Assembly: GCA_964016885.1 (NCBI GenBank)
Contig: OZ024743.1
Coordinates: forward strand, 216,876,001 to 216,940,000
Reading direction: 5' to 3'
DNA: 64,000 nt
Source of the DNA: Eledone cirrhosa
Lineage: Eukaryota
Each line of letters opens with the position of its first letter. The stretch's first letter is position 1. Positions 1 to 11,575 of this stretch are shown here, one piece after another. The position numbers and the translations under genes are program-made. The notes under the pieces are model-generated. The model made no database searches, had not been told where the DNA came from, and saw only the letters and a list, made by a program, of their open reading frames with translations.

Positions 1-14
1 GATTTTTTATGTGG

Positions 15-99
<85 letters not shown>

Positions 100-107
100 T
101 GTATATA

Positions 108-813
108 TATAAATGGAAAAAATTAAACGAAATTTCATTTCTCACTCTTAGTACGGCTGTTACTTAAATATAAGTATGTATACGTACATACATATATGTA
201 TACAGACGTACACTAGTATGTATATATATACATACATGCACATATATATATATATATGTATGTATTGATTTACCGAACATTTATTATAATGCTCGGTTTG
301 TTTGTAAACAAACATCCCGAATTAAGCCGTAGAGTGTTTAGCAACCATCGATGCCCTTTTGTCAACTCTCACAAAGGAAGGATGTACTAGTTTCAAGCTT
401 ATTAGCTATCGTCAGCACCGTATACCTTCCTGCCAGACGATTGAACGTCTGAAAGTATATACTTTCCTTATGCATATTAACGGCTGAGCAGCCTAATTTG
501 CATATCGAGTGATTTAATCGGCCGGGCACACCATAAACGATAAATGGAAAAAATGAAACGAAATTTCGTTTCTCACTCTTAGTACGGCTGTAACTTAAAT
601 GTTTGTATGTATATGTACATACATATATGTATACAGGCGTACAAGAGTATGTATATATATATACATACGTGCACACATATATATATGTACGTATGGATTT
701 ACCGAACATTTATTATAATGCATAAGGAAAGTATATACTTTCAGAACAAAGAGCAACGATGGTTACTAAACACTGTACCGCTTAATTCGGGATGTTTGTT
801 TACAAACAAACCG
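108..813 (-). mobile_element. Retrozyme-like ~431-bp tandem repeat (family R), ~1.4 units on minus followed by short inverted pieces (720-813)
   Basis: AAATGGAAAAA..AACGAAATTTC recurs at 111 and 542 (period 431). The same unit is at 39430-41048, 41085-41228, 42735-42970 and 56765-57277. It contains an HHR (380-421) and ATTTGCAT (496-503) and abuts (TA)n. Confidence 0.8.
380..421 (-). ncRNA. Minimal type I hammerhead ribozyme (family R)
   Basis: Minus strand reads ACGGTG-CTGACGA-TAGCTAATAAGCTT-GAAAC-TA-GTA-CATCC. Core intact, palindromic ACTAGT stem III, GUA triplet, partly mismatched stem I. Confidence 0.75.
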
Positions 814-1758
814 GTTAAAGATGGAGCGGTATTTATGACCTATGGGAAAGTGTCTATCTAAGAGGGCTAGACATTTTTTTCCTACATTGGTTTTAACGTT
901 GAGTGAGAAGGGAGGAGAGAACCTGATAGTTTGTTTATTGTTGCGCTTACTTTTCTTAATGGTGTTGTTGCTAGTGGAATACCGATCCATCTTTAACCGA
1001 CACAAAGTTAAACTAGGATGCTCCTGCGCTAAGAACATGAAGACCCACATCACCAGCAGCCCTAGGAGCAACACCCCACCCGGGTGCTCTTGCCGTAAGC
1101 CGGAAGCTTGCCCACTTCAACAGCAATGCAACAGACCAGCTGTAATTTATGAAGCTGTAGTCACTTCCAACCGACCAAACGAACCACAGGAGGTCAAATC
1201 CTATATGGGCATGGTGGAGGGCCGATTTAAGGAACGTTTACTGAACCACTAATCTACCTTCAGGTACCCGGACAGACGTTCATCCACGAAACACGCGAGC
1301 CCCGTATGGTCCCTCAAGGACTCAAGTATACTCAATTCAATGGAAAGCCATCACTAAGACCAATCCATACGCAAGGGGAAATCCGACGTGTGGCTTATGT
1401 ATTGACGAACGAATAACTATTCTAAAGAGCTTACACAATAATGATTGCCTAAACACGATAAATGAATTTTTCACACGTTGTCCACAAGTCGCCAAACACC
1501 TATTGCATAACTACAAAGCTCCGGACTAATTCTTTGTAATTTTATTTTCAACCTAAAAACTTTTCAGACTTTCGCAGTTATCTCCCTTACACCTCTCGCA
1601 CGCAGTCTAGTATTGCCTGTGTGAAGTGACAGGGTTTCTGCGCATGCGCGTTCGTACGGTTGTCCTTCCTGTTTCTATAACCATGCCCATTCCGAGCTGA
1701 GGATCCGCAAAGATCAAACAATTGTTCTCGGTATGGTGAACTAATTGTTGTGTAACTA

Positions 1759-1760
<2 letters not shown>
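812..1760 (+). mobile_element. 5'-truncated PLE with 5' inversion: GIY-YIG remnant plus pseudo-LTR
   Basis: 978-1530 encodes YRSIFNRHKVKLGCSC..CSCRKPEACPLQQQC..VIYEAVV..SYMGMVEGRFKERLLNH, with stops and frameshifts downstream. 812-977 is the adjoining upstream part (FSPPFSLNVKTNVGK..LLDRHFP) in inverted orientation. Ends in (TA)n. Confidence 0.85.
1692..1731 (+). ncRNA. Hammerhead motif in PLE pseudo-LTR (mutated)
   Basis: CCGAG-CTGAGGA-TCCGCAAAGAT-CAAAC-AATT-GTT-CTCGG. Stem I is perfect but G12 is changed to C. Confidence 0.65.
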
Positions 1761-1831
<71 letters not shown>

Positions 1832-1894
1832 GTAGAACACTGGAAGGTAATATCCGTAGAGGTAGAGCACTCAGTCCATGGGACGAGTTTGGTT

Positions 1895-3135
1895 GAAGTA
1901 GTAACACAAGAGTTAGTTCACCATACCGAGAACAATTGTTTCACCTTAGCGGATCTTCAGCTCGTACTGGTCATGGTTATGCGGAACAGGAAGAACAACC
2001 TATGAACGCGCATGCACAGAAACTGTTACTTCACCCAAGTGATACAAAGCCACGGGCGAAAGGTGTACGGGAGATAACTGCGAAAGTCCGGAAAAGATGT
2101 TTGGGTTGATTACAAAATTAGAATGTTCTTGTTATTCAATTCGGAGCTCTGTAGTTATGCAAGAGGTATTTCCAGACATGTAAATCTCATGAGAAGATTT
2201 CATTTCTTGAATTTAGGCAATCGATGTTGCGTAATCTCCTTAGAATATTTATCCGTTCTTCAATACACAGTCCACAAGCCGGGTTGCCTCTTGCGTATGG
2301 CTTGGACTTAGTGATGGCTTTCCATTGGATGTAGTAGTCTATACCTGCGTCCTTGAGGGGCCATACGTGGCTCGCGAGTTTCATGTATGATCGTTTGTCC
2401 GGAAACGTAAAGGTCGACTGATGGTTCAGGAAGCGTTCCTTAAATAGGCCCTCCGCCATACCCACATAGGATTTGACCTCCTGTGGTTGATTTTGTCTGT
2501 TGGAAGTGACCACAGCTTCATAAATTACAGCGGGTGTGTTGCATTACTGTTGAAAGGGACAATCTCAGGCTTTCGGCAAGATTATCCTGGTGGGGTGTCG
2601 CTCTTAGGTGATGTGGGACTTCATATTCTTAGCGCAAGAGTACCCTAGTTTTACTCTGTGTCTGTTAAAGATGGATGGTATTTGTGACCTATGGGAAAAT
2701 GTCTATCTAAGAGGGCTAAAAATTGTTTTCCTACATTAGTTTTAACGTTGAGTGAGAAGGGAGGAGAGAACCAGATGTTTTGTCTACTGTTACGATTTAT
2801 TTTCTTATTGCTGTTGTTGTTAGTACGGGAGTAAGTAATTGGTTGCGAGAAGCCGCTGTTAGCTAATGCCGTGTTATAGTAGGGTGCCGCTCTGTCAAAG
2901 CTAGCCTTAATAGAGGAGATGTTAGAGATTCTAGTACTGATATTATTTACGAAGTTTCTAAAAACAGTAGGAGGGTGGCATGAGTTCTTGTGCATGTAAT
3001 TAAGTTTTTCGTTAAGCTTATGGAAGGGTCTGAAGGTATGTTTGCGAAGGTCTAAATTAATGTCTAAGAAATCTACGCTAGAGAGGTTTGTAGATACTGT
3101 TATCCTAAGCCAAGCTGGGTGGAAATTCGGCACCT
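1895..3135 (-). mobile_element. 5'-truncated PLE, same family as 812-1760, RT C-terminus + GIY-YIG, degenerate
   Basis: ORFs 2651-3133 (VDFLDINLDL..FRPFHK..WFSPPF) and 2187-2513 (SYVGMAEGLFKERFLNH..CGLCIEE..CLNSRNE). The pseudo-LTR is the reverse complement of 1530-1760. Confidence 0.88.
1926..1964 (-). ncRNA. Type I hammerhead ribozyme in PLE pseudo-LTR
   Basis: Minus: CGAG-CTGAAGA-TCCGCTAAGGT-GAAAC-AATT-GTT-CTCG. Core intact, palindromic stem III (ACAATTGT), short stem II. Confidence 0.72.
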
Positions 3136-4379
3136 GTAATATGCGACGGTGTTTTTATGGCTGGTTGAGACCAAATGTTTACATCGATAAAATCTGATTA
3201 TGAGATTCGAGTAGAGTAGCAAGATCTCTTAAAAGGAGACTGGGAGGAAGTTGTTCCTGAAAGTTCGAGTTGAATTAGCTAACGTCTATATGATGCGGGG
3301 GCTATTAATCCACCGGTCCATCATGCCTTGTCTTGGGAAATATTTGACATGTATTTCTGCTCCTTATAGAAGTTAATGGTTCCGCCAAACAGACTGTCCA
3401 TCTACCAACTACTACACCAAAGTTGTAAGAGAATGCCGGAGCAGATAACGGTAAACACGTTATTGTTCTTGCGAATCACCATTCCGTATTTCGTCGTATT
3501 AACAAGCTGCAGTCCTGGGTCAGGAACTAAAAAGATTAGAGATTTGGCATCAGGTTTTTTGCCAGTTCCTTGCAGCTCTCAGCAAAATGGGTAGTGCAGT
3601 CGATGGGCAAACATTCTTCGTTATATTTTCGAAAATAATGGATGATATAAACAACTGTATTGGAGTGATTCAGTGTATGAATGAGGACAGTCTGTACAGT
3701 CACGGGTGGTGGATTTTACGTAGGGGATTATGAGCAATCTCCAATCTACAGGTATTCTTCGATAAATTCTATAAATATGGCCGAGATGGAACCGTCAGCA
3801 ACCAAACCTACATGATATGCACTTTGGTTGAAGAAACCGTGGCACTCACTCGTTCAGTGTCCGCTTATTTTTGATTTGTGGATTTATGTTGAACAGGTGT
3901 AATAAAATCTGTTATGGCACATCTTCCTCTAGCAATGGTAATGGCAAAAGAAAGTAATCAAGAAACTGGAAGTCCTACAAATCTACTACTACTAGTTTTG
4001 TTGTGGCTGCAGCAAGGACCGGGTGAATAAGAAGTTTGTTTATAAATAATGATGTCCTGAGTTACAATCCACTGCGATGCATGATGCCATGTATTTATTT
4101 TTAAGCATATTAACAGGTCAACTGAAGCCTTATATGTGACATTGGAGACAAAGAAACTGCGTCGAAGCTCGTCTAATGATTTGTAACTATTATTCAATGT
4201 CCAGGTTTGGCAGTATTCTACAATTAAGTTAAAATAAACGAGCCTGATTAATACTAATCTACCTACAGTTTTATGTAATGAACACGTATTTCAGTCTATC
4301 GAAAAACAGAGTTGAAGGATCGATTCCCGACTTATCATCATCGTCATTATGAAAATAAACTTCACTATAATTATCATTA

Positions 4380-4425
4380 CCAGTAGTAGTAGTAGTAGTA
4401 GTAGTAGTAATATTATTATTATTAT

Positions 4426-4465
<40 letters not shown>

Positions 4466-4489
4466 TGGTAGTAGTAGTAGTAGTAGTAA

Positions 4490-4529
<40 letters not shown>

Positions 4530-4575
4530 TGTAGCAGGAGCAGCAGCAGTAGCAGCAGCAGTAGTAATAGTAGTA
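4380..4575. repeat. Compound (TAG)n/(TAT)n/(CAG)n trinucleotide microsatellite
   Basis: Directly visible. It explains the poly-L/T/Y/V pseudo-ORFs. Confidence 0.95.
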
Positions 4576-7500
4576 AATATATGTTTTCAATCAATTCTAC
4601 TTGATCGTAATTATGGCACAGCGGTAGGGAATTGCACAACTTGCCAGTGACTCATACACAGGTCCAGCACAGAAGACAGGTGGCATCATGCTTCAGCAGT
4701 AGTAATGATTGAGGAGTATATTACGTATTCAGTCACGTAGTGTTTAGTTAGCTATTGCATTTAGGGCTCGTTTAATGAGTGATCGGTAGGATCAGTCTGT
4801 TCTGGAATGTCAGTAGTAGAGCAAGGTGACGTAGAGAGAGAGCGCAGAGGTCGAAGTAGATTGATTTGTAAGGGTGTAGAGACTGTCATAGAGTCAATTT
4901 CTTGAGATTTATGTATGTCTGGATAGACAAAATGTACAGCGCCTGTGCCTTGAAGATCTAGTCATTTTCACGCGTGTGCGTTTGTTTCTTTGTGTGCGTG
5001 CGTTTGTTTGTGTGCAAGTTTGTGTGTGTGTGTGCACGCATGCCAATGTTTGCATTTTTGTATGTCTATGTGTGTAACTAGGTGAGTGTGTATGGGTGTT
5101 TGTATACTTTTCTGTTTTTGTGTGCATGTTTGAGTAACCGGATAACTGTACATGTGTATATAAGGGAGTGTGTATGTATTTCATTTCTATACACTTGAAT
5201 ATTTCAGCTTTAGAAATAATGCTAAATTTATGACAGCCTAGGTTGAGTACAACTATGAACGAATGCATCTCATCTATGGCCATCCTGTTTGAAAACGCAT
5301 GCTGTACTCCAAGACTATCGAGTGTGTAAGTTATTTAAGAAAGTCTGATGTGCTTTTGGAAACATTCAGTTGTTATTCCTAGTAGTTCGGTTAGACTCGT
5401 AGACGATGTTACGATGGCTTATCCAGGGGTTCCTAAGGTAATGGCTTTTGAATATATTGAAACTGAAATTGCAGTCGAATGGTGGGATTCCCTGTCATTA
5501 ATTGTTCAACTCACACAATTCATTTTCCTTCCTACTAACACAAACAAATAAACAGACTCATGCACGCACAGACATATACACACACGAGGGTGGGCGGAAA
5601 GATTCATAGGCTGTCTATGAATAAATGATGATAGAGCTGTGAAATATTGGATGTATTCATTTCAACTCTTCTTTTTAATAACTGCATTTTTTCCAGAGAT
5701 TTTATTGAAAAATAAACCTCATTTAGTCAGTCCACGAGAGTGTGTTGGTCATCCTATGAACTTTTCAACAAAATCGAATATGTTTGTGTTTGTGTGTGTT
5801 GTTATATATATATATACTCTAAAATCTATCGTTTTTCCAGAAAGCACGGATTGAGGGAAGCGAGATTTGGCTGCTATGTCCAGCAGCACGAGGGGCACTG
5901 TAGACGCAAATCTCGATCGTTCGTATTCTGTCGCTCATTTCCATATATATTCATATATTAAGATAACATGTCTGGCTACCATGCACATATTTACACTACA
6001 CCCATTCATCAACACCCTCCTCTTCATTGATGTTTCTGCTTTTCATCCTTCTTTTCATATATTATCAATTTCTCTATCAACAGAAGTGTACATCACATAT
6101 TACGAGTAGTGTAAACATTTGAAGCAATATTTGGATTGATGAAGCCTCAGGATACTACATTTATGCTTTAGATATAGAAAGCCAGAGAGAATATTAGAAC
6201 ACGATAATCCAGCGAAAATGAGCTTAGCTGGTTAGCGTAAATGGAGGAGTCTTATTTTTCAGTGAATGCAACCCAATACACTATGCGATCGCGATAGACA
6301 TTTTCAACCGTTAAGTGAAGAAAATAACTACTTATTCCTCATTTATTGGTAAGGTAGATTAGAAATATTACAACAACTTTTTGGATTACACTTGAATAAT
6401 AATGGTATAATATTTTATTGATTATTAATGAATAAATAATGAGTTTCTAGAAAGATTAGAATGGCTCATATTGTATTTTAAGAATGTATAACTTAATGAG
6501 TTACTTTAAATGTATATATTGTAAAATTACTCTTAAAAGATGACTAAACTGCGATTGCTAAGTGGATACATAACGCATTTAAATAACAATGTGTGAAATG
6601 TGATATTGATTACAGTTCAGAAAAGAAATGTGAAAGCCTAGTTTGATGTTCTAATCTGATTTTTGAGATGTATTTTGGTTCTTAATGTTGTCTTTTTATT
6701 ATTTTATTTGTGTGTTTTGGTTATAAACTGTATATGGATAAACGCTTAAGAATTCCGCTTTGTATTCATTAGGCGTTAGGATTGATTGATCCCCACATAT
6801 AGCACCATGAGTGTCTGTACAATAACCGCGGGCCGACTTTTGTAGATGGAAACTCTGCTAAGCTCGTTGGATGAATTCAATGTGTAATTCAAATGATCAG
6901 CCTTTATCACAATTCCATTAGGAGGGCAATTGTGTGCGGAATACTCAGCCATTTAAAATTCAATTTACTAAACAGCCATACGAGTTGATCGAGCAACTAA
7001 ATCTTCATCCTTGCATCCGTTGGAGGATGTTCAGGGGCAGATATGGAAAGTGATTTAAGGGAGAATATGTAAAATATCAGAATATATAAGGAATGCAATA
7101 AGAACATATTTGAGAACCCCTGGGAGAGGACAATCAATTGAATGATAAATATTTGATTGAATAGAAAAGCAATTATATTTGAAATGTTATTTGCCAAACA
7201 AAGAGCAAAATAAAATTTGTGATAGAACTGGGAAATCTTCCGAAAAAATTATGGAAATTTCTTGATTTTGTACAATAATGAAAAAAATATTTGTATATAT
7301 TTGAGTACAATTTGATAGACAAAGAAATCTGCGTATGTGTGTCTCAGTTCGTGTCTATTTGTTTATGTGTTGTAACTTTGTGGTTGATAAGTTACAAAGC
7401 TGAAAAAAATATTCATTGGGTTGTTAAAACGAATTAAAGCCCTTAAAGTTGCCGGCCCATGAAGGCCGAAGTTTAATGACTAAAACCAGTAAAAGAATAA

Positions 7501-7818
7501 ATCTAGATGCCCCTGCCTCCTAATATTATTAGATTTCACCAAGTAACAGTTAAAGACATATATTATCTCATTATTGACACGTCATTTAGATAAGTTGTTT
7601 TCAAGTTACAAGTCTTTTAAAGATATTAACACTTAATTTACATTTTTACATTATACTTTCAAATAGAATTGTGTCATAAGTATATCATCGTTTCAGAATC
7701 TCTCTAAATTTTACTTCCCTGGCCTATGAAAGCCGATTGAAAAGCTCATTGGTTGACTGTGAAGGAATGATGCTAGAGCTGTGATATCTTGCATATATTA
7801 ATTTCAACTATTCAACTA

Positions 7819-8010
7819 AGGGCGGTGGATTGGCAGTATCGGTAGAGGGTCGGACGTCATGCTTTGCCGCATAGAATTACGGCCCTTTCCATTCTGAGTT
7901 CAAATCCGGCCGAGGTCAACTTTGCCTTTCATCCTAACGGGGTCGATAAAATAAAGTACCAGTAATGTACTGGGTTATTGCTGGCCTTGTGCCAAAAGTA
8001 GAAACAATTA
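7819..8010 (+). mobile_element. tRNA-derived SINE (family S1) with probable TSD
   Basis: A-box-like TGGCAGTATCGG, B-box-like GAGTTCAAATCC, body GAGGTCAACTTTGCCTTTCATCC..GGGGTCGATAAAATAAAGTACCAGT. TTAATTTCAACTATTC is duplicated at ~7798 and ~8008. Several more copies in the window. Confidence 0.85.
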
Positions 8011-8329
8011 ATTTCAACTATTCTTATTAATAAATACATTGTTTCTTTTTAGGGACTATGTTGATGAAAAATAAATCTCATTTCCTCATTCCATGAGAGT
8101 ATCTTGGTCAGCTTATGAACACATATGTCGACCTCGTAAACGATTAATACATAATTGCATTAATAACCATTAATTATGTTCGTTACTTTAATTCATGAGA
8201 TATTTACACTACTATATATTTCTGGTTACTATATCTTTATGATCATACATACTATACAATATGTAAATCTCATAAAAATCTAAATCTACTTAATTATTCA
8301 GTAATATCATTTTTAGTATATCTCTATAT

Positions 8330-8410
8330 ACTTAAATATAAGTATGTATATTTAAGTAACAGCCGTACTAAGAGTTAGAAATGAAATTTCGTTTCATTTT
8401 TCCCGTCTAT
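8330..8410 (+). repeat. Family R 3'-end fragment
   Basis: TTTAAGTAACAGCCGTACTAAGAGTTAGAAATGAAATTTCGTTTCATTTT matches the family R terminus. Confidence 0.7.
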
Positions 8411-8628
8411 ATACTTAATATAAGTAATACTAGTTTAGAGTATTTTCCTTAAAATAACATTCCATTGTGTTTGCATTAATAGTAAACGTTTGTATTTACA
8501 CTTACATACAAACCGGAGATGATTACTCCCTACAGTTCATTTAAAACGTACAAAAGGGGATTGATCCCTCGCAAATATCCTGATGTTAACATTTCTGACT
8601 TGAGTTTAGAAAAGACTTGCAGGTATTC

Positions 8629-8690
<62 letters not shown>

Positions 8691-8697
<7 letters not shown>

Positions 8698-9118
8698 AGA
8701 TCAAAAGATGGTTAAAGGAGTTCAATATATTTTATTATGCGCATTTCAAAAACAAACATCATCAAACAATAATATTTGTGTTTTCATCAGATAAAACAGG
8801 AGAACATGATATGAAGGCTAAAAAAACACTTGTTGATAGTGCAGTTTTAAATCAACATATGTTGATTTAAAACTGCACTATCAACAAGTGTTTTTTTAGC
8901 CTTCATATCATGTTCTCCTGTTTTATCTGATGAAAACACAAATATTATTGTTTGATGATGTTTGTTTTTGAAATGCGCATAATAAAATATATTGAAGTCC
9001 TTTAACCATCTTTTGATCTTATATTATGCATACTCCAGTCCCACAAACTGTAGAGTGCTTCTTATCCGATATCTGCATTGCTTTATTGTACTACAATAAA
9101 ACTCACCTCCTACATTAT
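8691..9118 (+). mobile_element. Fold-back mini-element: ~336-bp near-perfect palindrome (8691-9026) plus ~90-bp tail, one HHR per arm
   Basis: Centre ATCAACAT|ATGTTGAT at 8858/8859 with no spacer. Flanked by (TA)n on both sides. Confidence 0.85.
8921..8987 (+). ncRNA. Type I hammerhead ribozyme (mirror copy on minus at ~8730-8796)
   Basis: TTTTAT-CTGATGA-AAACA..TGTTTTT-GAAA-T-GCGC-ATA-ATAAAA. 6-bp stem I, palindromic ATGCGCAT stem III, AUA triplet. Confidence 0.8.
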
Positions 9119-9241
9119 ATATATATATATGGCATTCTCCATGTTGTTCCATTCGAAAACCATGTTTATTCCCTTTCAGAAACTAATTAGTTTGAGTGAA
9201 ATTTTAGTAAGTTAATTTTTATAATTTTCTTATTTTACGTC

Positions 9242-9290
<49 letters not shown>

Positions 9291-9297
<7 letters not shown>

Positions 9298-10478
9298 ATA
9301 CTTTGGGAGGGTCATATTTGTGTAATATTGCCAGAATTAATAACAGAACACACACACTGTTTGGTTGGTTTTCGCTTCTCGCTTCTGTGTCTTTTATATC
9401 GGTAATCTAACTTACTCGGTCCTCAATGTTGCCATTGACTGACCGGCGGTCAAAAATAATACAGATACAATATAGACACAAACACATATATATAGTTTAT
9501 CATAAATCTTTCGTTGCACATCTGCAACATCGTCAGTGGTGCTATATTTTCCTCCTGTTGTATTGTATGTCTACGCCATTTTTATTCAGTCTGTCTATAT
9601 ATTTATTTATTTATTTGCTTGTTTGTTTATTTTATTTTGTCTTCTTTGCGCATGCGTTTGTGCGTGTGTATAGTGTTTTGTTTGCTGTGTGATGGGTGAC
9701 TAGTGTGTGTTTATGTGCTTGTTGTTATTGTGCTTGTGTATGTATGTATTTATTTATTTTATTTTATTTACTTATTTATACTTCTCCTCGGTCAGTGTTG
9801 TTTGTTTGGGTGTTGTTGTTATTCCATTCATTCTTTCTGTTTAGCCTTGGTCTTCTAATTTCTATTTCACTGGCCTCTCTGATTTGCCTATCTGCTGGGT
9901 CATTTCTATGTTTAGATATTATTCTAATTTCTATGTTGTTTATGTTACCGTCATGTTGTTGTCTAGCATGTTCGTATAGTACTGACCCGTTTTTTCGTCC
10001 TTTTAGTTGGTCTATCCTTTCACCTATGCTACGAGCTGTCTCACCTATGTATGTTGTTGTCATGTTTCTGCAAGTACTCTCCGAACATCTTATGCTATCG
10101 ACTACCTTTCTGCGTGTGTTTATAGTGTTTGGTGTGTGTTCGCGTTTGGGTGACTGTGTTTTGGATATTGTATTCTATCTTAGTTTACTCGTGTGTACTT
10201 ATATGTGTTTGTTGTTATTGTGCTTGCGTATATATTTATTTATTTATTTATTTATTTATATTTCTCTTAAGTCAGTATTGTTTGTTTGGGTGTTGTTATT
10301 CCATTTATATTTTTCTGTTTAGCTTTGGCCTTCTAAATTCTATTTCACTTGCGTCTCTTATTTGCCTATCTGCTGGGTCATTTCTATGTTTACATATTAT
10401 TTTAATTTCTATGTTGTCTGCGTTACCGTCATGTTGTTGTCTGGTGTGTTCGTATAGTACTGAACCGTTTTTTCTATG
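9291..10478 (-). mobile_element. PLE 3' portion of a second GIY-YIG type, with partial tandem duplication and pseudo-LTR
   Basis: ORF 9776-10063 TYIGETARSIGERI..SVLYEHARQQH..RQIREASEI..LNRKNEW. Its 3' half is repeated at ~10250-10476. HHR lies downstream and the element ends at (TA)n. Confidence 0.75.
9499..9540 (-). ncRNA. Type I hammerhead motif (slightly decayed)
   Basis: Minus: ACCA-CTGACGA-T-GTTGCA-GATG-TGCAAC-GAAA-GAT-TTA-TGAT. Perfect 6-bp stem II, one mismatch in stem I. Confidence 0.7.
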
Positions 10479-10677
<199 letters not shown>

Positions 10678-10709
10678 ATATATATATTTATATATATATA
10701 TATAAATAT

Positions 10710-10900
10710 ATAGGAAAAAGTGTGACCCCGACGGCAGAGCTAAAGCCGTTTCGACGGCTATTTCTGTCCAGAAATAGCCGTCGAAACGGCTTTAGCTCTG
10801 CCGTCGGGGTCACACTTTTTCCTATTTCTCACTCTACTACCCAAAGTATTGAGTACTCTGGTGCGTTATGGTCCATATGGTTCCTTACCACAATTCCTTT

Positions 10901-10903
<3 letters not shown>
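10710..10903 (+). mobile_element. Fold-back mini-element (family F): 116-bp palindrome plus tail, carrying only the 3' half of the HHR
   Basis: Palindrome 10710-10825 with a 2-bp spacer. Arms and tail match 42580-42718 and 55514-55810. Lies within (TA)n. Confidence 0.85.
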
Positions 10904-10974
<71 letters not shown>

Positions 10975-11129
10975 TTGTGTGTGTGTGTGCTCGCGTATGT
11001 GTGTGTATGTAATATATGTATATATGAGCTACAGTCAGCTTAATTGTTGTATCTTTGATATGTTCTCAATTATTCACTGGTATATGTCTCTACAATTATT
11101 ATATAAAGTACATCACTGTACACTTTATT

Positions 11130-11316
11130 ATAATTGTTTCTACTTATGGCACAAGGCCAGCAATTACCCAGTTTATTACCGGTACTATATTTTATCGACC
11201 CCGTAAGGAGGAAAGGCAAAGTTAACCTCGGCGGGATTTGAACTCAGAATGGCAAGGGTCGTAACTATGCGTCAAAACATGGCGTCCGGCCCTCTACCGA
11301 TACTGCCAATCCACCG
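11130..11316 (-). mobile_element. tRNA-derived SINE (family S1)
   Basis: Reverse complement of 7819-8010. Confidence 0.85.
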
Positions 11317-11575
11317 AATACCATCAAAATGTATGCATTTTGAAGTCAGTAATATTACATGATTTTCTCTAACGATTGATTCAAATGTTAGCTAATAATA
11401 TTTTGAGTATAACCCATTCCTAATAAAACATTTTTAACGTCTGATTGCCTCCTCTACCCATAATGGCTTCAAGTTACCTTTTATACACTACTATTATACT
11501 AGTTCGTGAATAATATACGAAGTTTTTTGTTGTGTTCTTTTTGCTGCAAGTGCTCGAGATTCCAATAGCAGATAA

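Noticed and set aside
362-861. Recurrent short ORFs in family R (..HSICKLGCSAVNMHKESIYFQTFN..)
   Set aside because: Starts, stops and frames differ between copies. The similarity reflects the DNA repeat.
3140-4900. Possible old LINE remnants or host exons
   Set aside because: No motif could be read with confidence.
7819-7915. tRNA gene
   Set aside because: A/B boxes are present but there is no cloverleaf, and it continues into a multi-copy SINE body.
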